A program made the translations under genes and the position numbers. Below, in pieces: positions 1-11,970 of a DNA stretch of 64,000 nucleotides (positions within the stretch are counted from its first letter, which is position 1; each line of letters opens with the position of its first letter). Source of the stretch: Camelus ferus. Its lineage: Eukaryota. The notes under the pieces were generated by a model, which was not told the DNA's origin, ran no database searches, and saw only the letters and a program-made list of their open reading frames with translations. The stretch covers positions 13,394,001-13,458,000 of the forward strand of contig NC_045697.1 of the NCBI RefSeq assembly GCF_009834535.1. The letters run 5' to 3'.

Positions 1-262
1 GACGAGGTGTTGGGGCAAGGAATAGCGGCTTTATTCGGAAAGCCGGCAGACCCAGAGGATAGCTGACTAGTATCTTGGAGAACCATCCTGCTCTAGTCAG
101 AATACAGGCTCCTTTTACACAAAAAATAAGGGAGGGGCTGTGGTTGATTGTTGCAATCTCCTTGCTGCAGGCATTCTTTATTCTCGCAGCCGTCCCCGTG
201 GGCCAGGTCACGGTGTCCCTGCAAACCTCCAACAACACAAAGGTTATTCTCTACTACAATTT
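1..262 (-). mobile_element. ERV1-type LTR fragment, runs off the window start; same family as 8560-9075
   Basis: Its reverse complement (…GGGTCTGCCGGCTTTCCGAATAAAGCCGCTATTCCTTGCCCCAAC…) aligns by eye with about 8765-9020 and contains AATAAA on the minus strand. Similarity stops near 262. Confidence 0.85.
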
Positions 263-767
263 TCAGTCACGGTCAAGGAGTTCAGCCATTCCCTTTGCCC
301 CAAACTGGTCCCTGATTCCCAAATTCCCACATTCAGTGTATCTTGTGTCCATGTCAATGCCCTTCATTGACTGCTTCTCTGACCACCAAAAGTGTAACAA
401 TTAACTTCATCTGAACAAAACTGTAACAGAAGAGATTCTTATAAAAGGCCAGAAAAGGAAATATTAGTTTTCAGTAGATACTCTTCTGTGTATCAAACAT
501 GATGAAACCCACTTGGTGAAATATTCTGAATAATCCATTCTGTTCGAGAATTGCGCAATGGCTTTTTCCTCCCTTTGGCTTTCTAAGTCAACAGACGGAA
601 AATCTCTCACTCTCCTACATGCTTGGCTATTAAACTTTCAATATACTGCCAAAAAATATCTTGTCAAACAAATAACCAGATATATCGCAGAAAGCAAATT
701 CTAGAATGATGAAGTAAAATCGAATCATGATAATAGTTATGATGTTAGAGTGGTAATAGCGAAAGGC

Positions 768-769
<2 letters not shown>

Positions 770-814
<45 letters not shown>
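770..814. repeat. (TG)n microsatellite
   Basis: Perfect TG run of about 22 units. Confidence 0.98.
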
Positions 815-816
<2 letters not shown>

Positions 817-1119
817 GGTATTCCATGTGCAACAAGCCTGAAGTAGTTTAAGTTTCATTTAATTTTTTTTTCTTGAATCTGAGTCATACCTTACAAAATT
901 CCAGGGGCTTTCATCCATTTCCCCAAATGTACACCCTTGTGAAAAAAATGCCCTCTTGGTTGTTAGGATAAGCTGCTTAGATTTGATTTCCTTTAGCCTC
1001 TGGTCAAGAAGAGAAAGGTGTTTTTAAAATTTCTGTTTTTTCGTTTTTGACATGGCACTGAAAGGTGAAGCTCAAGCAGACACTGTTCCCCAAAAAGAAG
1101 AGGGAGGTCGGGGGCTGGG

Positions 1120-1205
1120 GGATGAGGAGGAAGAAGAGAAAGAGAAAGAAGAGGAGGACAGGAGGAAAAGGAGGAGGAGGTAACGGAGGAGTAGGAATAG
1201 GAGGA
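1120..1205. repeat. Purine-rich (GA/GGA) low-complexity tract
   Basis: GAGGAAGAAGAGAAAGAGAAAGAAGAGGAGG…; this explains the K/R/G-rich ORF 1065..1376. Confidence 0.85.
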
Positions 1206-1899
1206 ACTTTGCACTGTATGCAAAAGAAGTTCTATTTTATAATAATTAGAGATAGCCAAGCCACAGGTATCAAAAGGAAAGTGAAAGTACCATTTAAAAT
1301 ATGTCTAATTTATAAGTTTCTCATCTATTTTTTAATTTCAGCTCTACTGAGGTATAATGAACGTATAAAATTATAAGATATTTAAATTGTACATTGTGGT
1401 GATTTAATATAGATATACATTGTGACAGGCTTCTACTCTAGTCAATTAACACATCCATCATCATCTCACATATTTCTCATATTTCTTTCTCTTTTTTTTT
1501 TTTTTGATGAGGACATTTAAATTCTACTCTCCAGTTACTTTCAATTATACAACACAGTATTATCAACTATAGCCACTATGCTTTATGCTACATCTTCAGA
1601 CCTTATTCTTCTTATAGCTGAAAGTTTGTATTCATTTACCAACTTTTTCCTAGTCCCCCACACCTGGCCTTGTGCAACAAACTTACTATTCTCTGCTTCT
1701 ATGAGTTTCATGATAGCAATTTTTTATTTTTTAGATTCCACATATATGTGATGCCATACAGTATTTGTCTTTCTCTATTGATTATTGCATTAGCATAATG
1801 TCTTCAAGGTCCGTCAATGTTGTTGTAAATGGCAGGATTTTCTTCTTTCTCATTGTATTTGCACAACAGAATATTATTCAATAAAATGGGATATTATAC

Positions 1900-4636
1900 A
1901 TACTGACACACATATATATATATACACACACCCAAACATATACACATAACATATCTTCTTAAAAAAATAAATAAAAACATAACGTATCTTCTTTATCCAT
2001 TTAGCCATTAATGGACATTTAAATTGTTTCTGTATCTTGGCTGTTATGAGTGATTGCTGCAGTGAACATGGGAGTGCAGCTAACTCTCTGTGATACCCTG
2101 TTTTCATTTTGATTTTCTTTGGATGGATGTGAAGAAATGGACTGCTGGATATATGGTAGTTCTACTTTTAATTCTTTGAGGAACCTCCATATTGTTTTCC
2201 ATAGTGACTTTACCAATTTACATTCCCACCAACAGTGCACAGAGTTTCCTTCTCCTTCACATATTCACTAACACTTATCTTTTGCATTTTTGATGATTGA
2301 TATTTATGACAGATATGAGGTAATATCACATTATAGTTTTTACCTGTATTTCTCTGATGATGGAAAGTGCTGTTGGACACATTTTCATGTACCTATTGGC
2401 CATTTATATATCTTCTTTGGATAAACATCTATTTAGTTCCTCTGCTCATATTGTAATGGGGTTGTTTCTTTTTTGGCTATTGAGTTGTATGAGTTCATGT
2501 ATATGTATATGGTATTTACCCCTCATCAGGTATACAATTTGCAAATATCTTCTCTCATTCTGTAGGTTACATTTTTATTTTGTTGATTGTGTTTTTTTCT
2601 GTGCAGAAGTTTTTAGTTTGCTTTAGTTTCACTTTTTAATTTTTGCTTTTGTTGCTTTGTTTTTGGTGTGATAGCCAAAATAGTGTTGCCAAAAATAAAT
2701 GTTAAGGAGTTTCTTCCCTATGTTTTATTCTAGGATTTTTATGGCTTCAGGTCTTATGTTTATGTCTATAATCCACTTCAAGTTAATTCTTGTTAGCTGT
2801 TTTAGTAGGAGTTTCATTTCATTCTTCTGCTTATGTTTATACAGTTTTCCTAGCATCATATATTAAAGAAACTAGTCTTTCCCCATTAAGTACTCTTAGC
2901 TTCCTTTTTAAATGTTAGTTAACTGTATATGTGAGGGCTTATTTCCTGATTCTGTTTTATTGGTATTTCTGTTTTTGATGCAAGTACCATACTCTTTTGA
3001 TTCTGTACCTTTGTAATATAGTTTGAAATTAGCAATCATGGTGCCTCCAGCTTTGTTCTTTCTTCTCAAGATTCCGTGTGCTATTTGGGGTCTTTTGTAG
3101 TTCCATACAAATTTTAGGATTTTTTTTTCTATTTCTGTGAAAAATGCCATTAGAATTTTGATAAATATTGCATATAATTTGTAGATCGGTTTAGGCAGTA
3201 TGGACATTGTAGCAATATTAATCTTCCAATCCATCAGCATGAAATATCTTCCCATTTTTTGTGCTTTCTTCAATCTCAGTCATCAGCATTTTACAGGTTT
3301 CTTATATAGATCTTTCACACCCTTGTTGAAATTTATTCCTATGTATTTTCTTCATTTTGATGCAGCTATAAATGGGATTGTTTTCTTGATTTATCTTTCT
3401 GATAGTTCATTATCAGTGTATAAAAACACAACTGATTTTGTATGTTCATTTGTATCCTGCAACTTTACTGAATTTATTAGTTACAACAGTTTTGGGTTTT
3501 TTTTTTTTTTTTGGTAAAGTTTTTAGGGTTTTCTATATACATCATGTCAACTGCAAACAAAGACAGTTTTACTTCTTCCTTTCTTACTTGGATAACTTTT
3601 ATTCCCTTTTCTTGACTAATTGCTGTATCTATAACTTCCAGTGCGATGTTAAATAAAAGTAGTGAGAGTGGGCATTTTCATCTGAACTTCTTAGAGGAAA
3701 AGCTTTCAGGTTTTCACCACTGAGTATGATGTTAGCTATGGGCTTGTCATATGTGGGTCTTTATAATGTTGAGGTACTTTCTCAGTTTGTTGAGAATTTT
3801 CATCATGCATGATGGTGAATTTTGTCAAATATTTTTTCTGCATCTACTAAATTATATGATTTTTATTCTTTTTTGTTTGTTTGTTAAAGCAGTACACCAC
3901 ATTGATTGATTTGCATATACTGAACCATCCTTACCTCCCTGGAATAAATCTCACTGATTGTCATGGTATATGATCCTTTCGATGTATTTTTGAACTTGTT
4001 TTGCTAATATTTTCTTGAAAGTTTTTCCACCTGTGCTTATCAGGGATATTAGACTGTAATAATATTCTCTTTTTTTTTCTTGCTTGGTTTTAGTATCAGG
4101 GTAATGTTGGCCTCATAAAATGAATTTAGAAGGGTTCTTTTTTATTTTTTTTGGAAGGGTTTCAGAAGGATTGGCATTAATTCTTCTTTAAATGTTTAGG
4201 AGAATTCACCAGTGAAGCTATGTGGTTCTCTTCTTTTCTTTGTTGGGAGATTTTTGATTACTGATTCAATCTTTCTACTAGTAATTGGTCTGTTCAGATT
4301 TTCTATTGTTTATGATTCAGTCTTGGTAGTTTGCATGTTTCTAGGAATTTATCTGTTTCTTCTAGGTTGTCCAATTTGTTGATGTATAATTATTTATAGC
4401 AGTCTCATATGACCTTGATATTTGTTTGATATAAGTTTAATATCTCCATCTTCATTTCTAATTTTCCTTATTTGAGTCCTCTTTTTTCCCTTGGTAAGTC
4501 TTGCTGAAGTCTTACCTATTTTGTTTATCTTTTCAAAACACCAGCTGTTAATTTCATTAATCTTTTCCATTGTCTTTTTTTGTCTCTATTTCACTGATCT
4601 CAGCTCTGACCTTTGCTATTTCCTGTATTCTACTAC
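1900..4636 (-). pseudogene. Disrupted LINE-1 ORF2 (RT and C-terminal regions), non-coding
   Basis: ORF-track fragments 1874..2107, 2019..2240 and 2908..3273 carry L1 ORF2 motifs but are separated by stops and frameshifts. Confidence 0.85.
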
Positions 4637-5135
4637 AAGGAAACCTGGAGTGGGCCATAGGGACAATGTGAAGACAATGCCTGCCAGCCTCGCCATAGGG
4701 TCTTAAGGGAGGATCACAGTCAGGCCCTAGATGTGTAATAAATCAGAATCCTGACCCGCAGGCAGTAGTTTTTAAGGTATGCAAATAGGTCTTTTCCAGG
4801 GAAAGACTAGAAGATGAGTTTTTCTGGCTGCTCCCTTTGTATTTGGCACTGAGGGGATAAAAACAGCAAGTTGTCCTGAGCCCACTAAGAAATATTCCTT
4901 TGTTTACTCTAGTCTTGTGTGTCTGATTAATTTTCAAAGCTAGGTGATTTGGTGGTGGGAGGGGGGACTTCCATCAGGTGGAAGTCTTAAAAATTATGGC
5001 TCTAGATATTGGGTCTAAACCCTTTGCTCCTTAAGGAGAAGCTGGGAACTGTGAGTCCCTTTCCTATATTTTGTAACTGTGCCGGGCTGTGGTTTATGGT
5101 GAGAAAGTTTCTCAGCCTTTCCTACCTATTTCAAT

Positions 5136-5614
5136 TGTGAACGAAAAATACTGCAAACCACATCAGTAAACAAAGAATGCTGAAACCATCAAGTCATCAG
5201 CCACTGCCGCCAACCACCAGTGAAGACAAGCCTGCAGCCAGGCCTCTGCAGCTACTCACAGTGGTGCACTCTGAGGGGACTCAGAATAAGAAAGGACAGG
5301 ATACTGGCCCTAGATAGCGAGGGGCTTGTCAAGGGAATGAATTCAATGAGCTCAAATATTTGCTTCCTCCCAGACATAGAAAAGCGCTAATTCCTTTAAC
5401 TTGAGATGCCTGGTTTTCTTTAGATAACAAGTAATCTTTTATTGTTCCAACTACCTGGTCTTTGTTGTAAAGCTCCTATATATGCTGGCTCCTCCCCTAC
5501 ATCTGTGGAGCAGTCCCTCAGAGCCATCTGAGAGGCTGTCATCCCTGCTCGAGTCCTCCTGCCAAGTAAAACATAACTCTCAACTTTTAGACTGCGCATT
5601 TATTTCAGTCAACA
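5136..5614 (+). mobile_element. ERV1-class solo LTR (MER41-like) nested in the L1 5'UTR
   Basis: TGTGAAC…GTCAACA termini with a perfect 4-bp TSD CAAT (5132-5135 and 5615-5618). TATA-like CTATATATG near 5476 and AGTAAA near 5565. The L1 sequence resumes after it. Confidence 0.92.
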
Positions 5615-5909
5615 CAATACAGGTGTTTTCTAGTTCACCTGATGTGTAACTCAGTTTCTGGATTTCTTCCAGTAGCAATTGTTCCATGTGCAGCTGCAGA
5701 TTCAGCGTGCCCGTGGTAGGAAGTGAGACCAGGAGCCTTTCATGTTGCTGTCTTTGCCTGACTATGTTGTTTTTAAATTCAAGACACAATTCTAGCAAGT
5801 GTCTGGCTTCTTCAATTGACATTAGGTAAATGGCCGAATCTCTTAATGAACCTAATGACTACCTAACTCAATTCTAAAATCTAGTATGCCAGAGGGATTA
5901 CCTTTTTGT

Positions 5910-7410
5910 GTTATTTTAAAAATTGTGAGATACACATACAAAAGGGTATCCAAAATGTTGTGTGACACAACAGGGTTGGGGGGGTGTGCCGGTTGGTGAC
6001 ATGGTGACCTGCAGGTTGGGAAAAGAATTTGCCAGAGGTTAAGTATCAGAACAGAAAGGAGTTTATTAGGGTTCACTGTCATACGCAACAGCAGGCCACA
6101 CAGATGAGAGGTGTCTGTGTGAGCAGCAGGGTGAAGAAGAAGGGAAAAGTTCAGTGGTTATACTGCTATTGGCAATAGGGGGCCACACAGGCAAGAGTCA
6201 CCTGTGTGAGCATCGAAGGCCGGTTATTGGGGTGTTTTATAAGGTAGGGTCACAAGGTGCCTGATCCACTTGGGCACAAGTCTGACTGGTTGTAGGTGAG
6301 GTAAGAGGTTTAGGGTCGGTGAAGGGCAGTGGGATTTGACTCTGATAAGGTAGGCATTACCTGGGGTTATTCAATTGTTAGGAGAAACACGCCCAGTAAA
6401 GAATGTACTTTATCTGTTGAAAGATCACAGATGTCTGAAAGCCCAGGAATGGGGGTCCTTGGACTTTGAAGGACATCAGTGGACCCAACAGGAAACACAC
6501 ATACACATATACATATAGAACATACATAGACATAAAGTTTAACAGGTAGGTTAAACTGAGCAGATGAATAACATCACTATGCTTTTAGAAGAGCTTGAAT
6601 TTCCCCAGTACCTTGGAAGCCATGGGTACCTCAACTCAGTTATTTTCCCTTCCCTCTCCTGCAGGCAGCTACTGTTCTGAAATGTGTATTCACATCTCTG
6701 GGATTTCTTGTTTTTCTTTACAATTTTCTCATTCATGTATCCATCCTAACAATTTAGCTTTCTTACAGTTGGAATTCATGTAAATAGAATCACACTGTAT
6801 GTTTTCTTTTGTGACATGATTCTTTCACTCAGCATGTTTTTGAGATACACCCATGTTGATGTATTCATTTGTGGTTCAGTAATTTTCTTTATTATCTAAC
6901 AGCCCATTGCTTATTCAACATGAGTTGTTTGACCTTTCTAATTTTTATGATCATTCGGGCTGTTTTAAGTTTGGAAATATTAATAACAATGCTCCTACGA
7001 TCAGTTTTATATATGTATCCTGATATAAATGTGCATACATTTCTTTCTAAGAGTGGAAATATTAGGTTTTAAGAGAATGCCAAAATTCTTTCAAAACATT
7101 ACAAAATATTTCAATTACTTTTATAATTAGAGTTTCTGTTATTCCTACTTCCTGAGTGTTTTCACATTTTTAATTTTTGCTAGTCCATTCATGTGGTTTT
7201 AATTGCACACCCTGATTGCTAAGAAGGTTGTGTATTCCTTCTGTAATAATATCACCATCATATATTAAGTGTCATCATAGTTTCATTGACTATAGACATT
7301 TTTATGTCTGTGAAGTACTTCTTTAAATTGTCTGCTCATTTCCTATTGGATTGTTTGATTTGTGAATTTACATGTAATTGTTCTTTCTATATCATGACTA
7401 TTACTTCTAC
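5910..7410 (-). mobile_element. Old LINE-1 (L1ME-like) 3' portion, interrupted by an LTR
   Basis: Typical antisense L1M 3' sequence (AAATAGAATCACACTGTATG…CTTTCACTCAGCATGTTTTTGAGATACACCCATGTTG; TCTGCTCATTTCCTATTGGATTG). Confidence 0.75.
5956..6490 (-). mobile_element. Solo LTR, family unassigned, nested in the L1ME
   Basis: TGTTG…CAACA inverted termini and GTTTATT (AATAAA on the minus strand) near 6061. It is a GC-richer 535-bp block that splits the L1. Confidence 0.75.
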
Positions 7411-7904
7411 TGTGCATAATATTTTGCCAGGAAAAAAAAAAACTTAGTATTTGAATGCTTTACCTCAGAACTTTATAACAAATTCCTCAGATTTCTGTAC
7501 AAGCTCCTCATCCTAAATTAAAGGTCTTCCTTGATACTACAGTAACCTCTTTTTCTGATTGAAATCATTTTCTATAATGTTCCTGTAAAAAAATTTTTTT
7601 TGCCAAAATAAATGTTCTTTCCCGACCTTTCTAGAGAGCACTTTACTGGTCCTTATCCATGGCAAATCAACCAATCCATCAAGATACACCTTGATGGTGA
7701 CAACCTCCAAACTCGATTCGTGCGTCTCATCTAGAGATGAGTTACTGCTTCTTTCCTCTTTTCCTCCCATTTTTTGTTTGTTCATGGGCAGTAAAGGAAC
7801 ACTGTCATTTTGTATCTACCCGCTAGATGTCAGACTTGATGACTTTATTTCATTTTTCTTATATTTTAATCTTCAAAAATGATGTGGTAAAACATATAAT
7901 AGAG

Positions 7905-8040
7905 TACATTTTATAGATGACAAAACTGAAACTTGGATCTAATAGGTAACCTGCCAAAGGAGAAACAGACTATAATTACAGCAAAGATGAAGCTCATACT
8001 CCTCTCTGCCTAATGCCAGTACTTTTGCCTTTTCTACTGT
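7905..8040 (-). mobile_element. MIR SINE fragment
   Basis: CATTTTATAGATGACAAAACTGAAACTT…GGTAACCTGCCAAAGG is the reversed MIR core. Confidence 0.6.
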
Positions 8041-8132
8041 TCCACCCCACTGAAAGGTATCTTACTAGGCCCTTCAATCTAATTATTTACATATCAAGAG
8101 TCATAGCAAGGGCATTGCAGCCAAATGCTTGC

Positions 8133-9095
8133 TGAAGTTGATTGAATGATGCCCCTTAAAAAGGTATGTACAAGTCCTAACCCAGAAAACTTATAAATGC
8201 AACCATGTTTGTAAAAAGAGTCTTTGCATATGCAATTAAATTAAGGATATTAAGATGAGATTGTCCTTTATTATCCTGGTTGGGCCCTAAATCCAATGGT
8301 ATCATGATAAGAGAGAGAAGACAGGAGAGGAGTTGGTCACATGAAGATAAGAGGCAGAGATTGAAGTGACATAGATACAAGGGATGCTGATAACCACCAA
8401 AAGCTGAAAGAGGTAAGAAAATGTCCTCCCTTGGAGCCTCTAGAGGCACACAGCTTGGCTGGCAATTTGATTTCAGACTTCTGCCCTCCAGAACTGTGAG
8501 AGAGTAACTTTTTGTTATTTTTAAGTCAACCAGTTTGCAGTAATTTGTTACAGCATTCCTGTATTAGAAAAGAACAAATCTGACTGCGTATGAGAGCTGT
8601 TCCTTTGGTTTTAACCCTGTGCTCCGTTTCCTGTGCTGAGTCATGCTGGTTCTGCACCTTCTGTGAAAAAAATGTTGCCTAGAGCCTGAAATATACAGGA
8701 CAGCCTATTCTTAAGATGCTGACCTTTAAGGGTATTAACACTTTTCCATTCATATAAAGATAAAAAGCTGCAGAATAAAAAATAACATTTATTTTGTTAG
8801 AAGTTTACAGGGACATCATGACCTGATCCACTTGGACAGCTACAAGAACAAAGGATTCCTACACCAAGAAGTTTGCAACAACCACACCTCCTCCCTTTTA
8901 GTATAAAAGGAGCCCGAGTTCTGACTTGGGGAAGATGGTTCTCTAGGACATTAGTTTGCCATTGTCTGGGTCTGCTGGCTTTCCGAATAAAGTCATTATT
9001 CCTTGCCCCAATGCCTTGTCTCCTGATTTATTAGCCTATTGTGTGGCAAGCAGAACAAGTTTGGACTCCGTAACGGCCCTAGGAAGCTAACATAC
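8133..9095 (+). mobile_element. MaLR LTR (MLT1C-like) split near its 3' end by an ERV1 LTR
   Basis: GGGCCCTAAATCCAATG and TTTCAGACTTCTGCCCTCCAGAACTGTGAGAG. The terminal TTGTTACAGCA…GCCCTAGGAAGCTAACATAC is separated by 8560-9075. Confidence 0.88.
8560..9075 (+). mobile_element. ERV1-type solo LTR
   Basis: TGTATTAG…CCGTAACG termini, TATAAAA near 8902, AATAAA near 8986. Homologous to 1-262. Confidence 0.88.
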
Positions 9096-9300
9096 CTGGA
9101 TTTGCAATCCGGTTTATAATTTTTTTTTTTTTAACCATATAACCTGGAGCAAACTACCAAAGCTCTCTGGGTATCAGTTTCCATATATAAAATGAGAATG
9201 AAAAGAACAATCTGCTTGTTTTTATAACCAAATGATTTAGCAAATACAAAATGCTTAAACATTCCATGGTGCAAAGTAAGCCCTCAAAAAATCTTAACAA
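9096..9300 (+). mobile_element. MIR SINE
   Basis: CTCTCTGGGTATCAGTTTCCATATATAAAATGAGAATG core and AGTAAGCCCTCAAAAAAT tail. Confidence 0.65.
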
Positions 9301-10304
9301 TTTTTATTATCAACTTATTATCCTGCCAACTAACTTTGAAACAGTTCAAGAACAGGGACTTAAATATATTTATATTTATATTGTAACAGAAGAGCCCAGC
9401 ATGGTTTCATTCAAAAGATTTACCAGTTTGAATTAGAGAACTGCTAGGAACCACCAACCAATTAAACTGTTCATAGGAATTCTAGAAATAGAGGTTATTA
9501 AGAAAATAACCATTATCTAAAATTAGACTACACTTTAGTCATTGCTTAAACTTTTAAGGAAACATCTTGATAATTCAATAAAGCAGTGCTAAGAAACTAT
9601 AGAATATTAAATGTAAAGGAGAATTTATCATGTCACCAAATGGATGATCTTGTTAAAAAAATATTTTTTGGAAAATAAATGAATTAAATATGGCTGCCTC
9701 CCTCCAATTGCTTTAATTGCCCCCAAGATTATCACTCTTTGACAAACACAATTCAACGTTTTCATTAAAATTACTTCTTAGTTACTCACAAAATAAGTTG
9801 GGCTGTCCTTCTCTCTATCAGTGAACTTGAAACCAAGGCTTTTCCTCACAAACCAGTCAGAAGCAGCCCGTGGCTTGGAGGGCTGGTTGTCATAGCTCAG
9901 ATTACATCATCTGTTCATCTTGGCTAGCCCTCAGAGAGTCTTTATGTTTTGGAGGTGTCTCTTTGGCTAGAATTTCTTGTTTCACCTATTAAGTGTTTTT
10001 TATTACCAGGGAGTTTGCCACTGTATGTATGGGCTCCACCCAAGGAGGCTGTATGCAAAGCCTTCTTGGCTGGTAAACAAGAAGCAGGGGTAAGAATTGT
10101 ATCTAGCAGGATTCTACCAGCCTGGACAAGGGGGGAGCTGCCTAACTTAAATAAAAATCTCTTCTTCTGTAAGTTCTTCAACATAACCAAATTACATAAA
10201 TAACTATTTCAAAAATACATCAGTGCCCCAGTTTTACATTCATATCGCTAGAACTCATACAGTGTGCATCAGGAAAGTATCAGGGACACTTACCTGGTAT
10301 GAGA

Positions 10305-10525
10305 CTAAATGAGCATGTCTGGAGACAAAAATCTCTGACTTTAAATCTTGGCTCTATCACTAGTTGTGAGAATGTGGGCCAGTTACTTGACTCCTCTTCT
10401 ATTCTTTTTCTTTGTTTATAAAATGGATGAATAAGAAGACACAAAGCACGGGTTTGCCATAAGAATTCAGTGAGTTAAGAAATATATGCTACAAAAATAG
10501 GTAGTGAATAAATGTCCGCTATTGT
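10305..10525 (+). mobile_element. MIR SINE
   Basis: AAATCTTGGCTCTATCACTAGTTGTGAGAATGTGGGCCAGTTACTTGACTCCTC. Confidence 0.7.
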
Positions 10526-10908
10526 CTTAATAAATATTCATCTTGAAGGAAAGCTTAGAAGAAGTGGAGTTTGTGTTTATTGGCTCTAGAACAGGTGAGG
10601 TTATCTTTTTCAGGAATGACCAGTTACACTTTTCAAAAGGATTCAGTTTAACATAGGTACAGCCAGAACTCATAGACAGTATCTCTAAGAAGGCAAGTAA
10701 ATTCCATCCCCTGTCCTCACCCAAGAATGGAATCAATTGTGATATAAAGCAAAGGGGTTGGTCTTCTCATAAAAGCAAGGGTGGTGGATGCATTCCAGGC
10801 TCCCCGTTCCTTATGTGTCACCTTGAAATAACACCTCCAAGGGAAAGATTCAGTCTGCAGAGCAGACCAAAATACCAGGTCAATGCCTTCTACTAACTTT
10901 GATAAAGA

Positions 10909-11271
10909 TATCTTGGTTCATTCCACTGCTGTAACAAAAATACCATAAGCTGATGGCTTAGACAACAAACTTGAATTTCCCACAGTTTTGGAGTCAGAGA
11001 CGTCCAAAATCCAAATGCTGGCAGATTCAGTCTCTGGTACGGGCCCTCTTCCCTGTGCTTAAATGGCCATCTTCTTGGTGTATTCTCACACGGTGGAAGG
11101 GGCATGGGATCTCTCTGGGTTTCTTTCATACACGCACCAATCTTACTCAGAAGGATTCCACCCTTATAAGCTAATCGTCCTCACAAAGGTCTTGCCCACA
11201 AAAACCATCATGCTGAGGACTAGCTTTCAACATAGGAATTTTGGGAGGACACAAACATTCAGTCTATGGCA
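10909..11271 (-). mobile_element. MaLR LTR (MLT1A-like)
   Basis: GCTGTAACAAAAATACCATAAGCTGATGGCTTA…TTTTGGGAGGACACAAACATTCAGTCTATGGCA; full length of about 360 bp. Confidence 0.9.
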
Positions 11272-11724
11272 GGGAGGGAAGAAGCAAGGGACAAAAGCTC
11301 CTACCCCACCACCCATGCCCAGTCCACAATCACAACGTTTGATAGATTTGTTCACAAATAAGAAATGTGGACAATGGTGGACTGTCACCAGTGAGGCCAC
11401 TCTCAGAACATCGATAAAGATCTGAGGTGTTCAGGGATTAATTAACCAGTGAAGAGCATTATGAGTAAAAAGCACTGGAGAAGGGCTTCCCAGGGTCACC
11501 CTGGGGTGATCATGCAGGAACATTCAATGCAACTGTCTCATGGTAGTTCCTCAAAGTCTCTTCTAGTTTGTAGACACCAAACTAATGCCTAAAGGTGGAG
11601 AGGGAATTTTTGCAATTAAAAAAATTATTAAAACAAATGGTTTAACTAACTAATGGGCTAAAATATATTTGACATATACTAAATCATGAGTGTCTCAAGG
11701 CAAGCCTTTGCCCACTGACGGAAA

Positions 11725-11970
11725 GCAGACTCCAGAGTTAGACATGAGGGTTTGAATCCCGGCTTTGCTGATTATGAGGTGTGTGACCGACACCAAGCTA
11801 CAGTGAACTCACTTAACCTCTCTGGACCTCCATTTTCACATATATAAATGTTGGTAGTAACACCCATACATCCACCTTACAAGATGATGTGAGGTTTAAT
11901 TAACTACATAAACATAGTACTTAGAAGAGTTCACAGTAGATGCTCAATGCTATTATAATAATTAATAATA
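11725..11970 (+). mobile_element. MIR SINE
   Basis: GGGTTTGAATCCCGGCTTTGC B-box region and CACTTAACCTCTCTGGACCTCCATTTTC core. Confidence 0.8.

Larger units (their letters stand above)
1326..5755 (-). mobile_element. LINE-1 (L1MA9-like) with 3'UTR, 3' three-quarters of ORF2 and 5'UTR; internal deletion at about 4637; interrupted by an LTR
   Basis: T-tract and L1MA-type 3'UTR at about 1326-1900. Decayed ORF2 peptides: [29 protein letters not shown] (2019..2240) and [43 protein letters not shown] (2908..3273). 5'UTR-like sequence at 4637-5135 and 5615-5755, ending CATGTTGCTGTCTT (a decayed AAGATGGCG start on the minus strand). Confidence 0.88.

Noticed and set aside
1874..3273. ORFs with protein-like content
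   Set aside because: They are fragments of decayed L1 ORF2, not a host gene.
7676..7741. Two short hairpins (CCATCAAG/CTTGATGG and CTCATCT/AGATGAG); also TGAACCT-GTGA-AGGTTCA at 29089-29106
   Set aside because: Stems of 7-8 bp are expected by chance, and there is no ncRNA context.
10010..10089. Exon-like segment (TTTTTATTACCAG|…GGG|GTAAGA); similar cases at about 13060-13126 (+) and near 37870 (-)
   Set aside because: No recognisable peptide and no consistent exon chain. Pseudo-exons are common, so RNA-seq junction reads would be needed.
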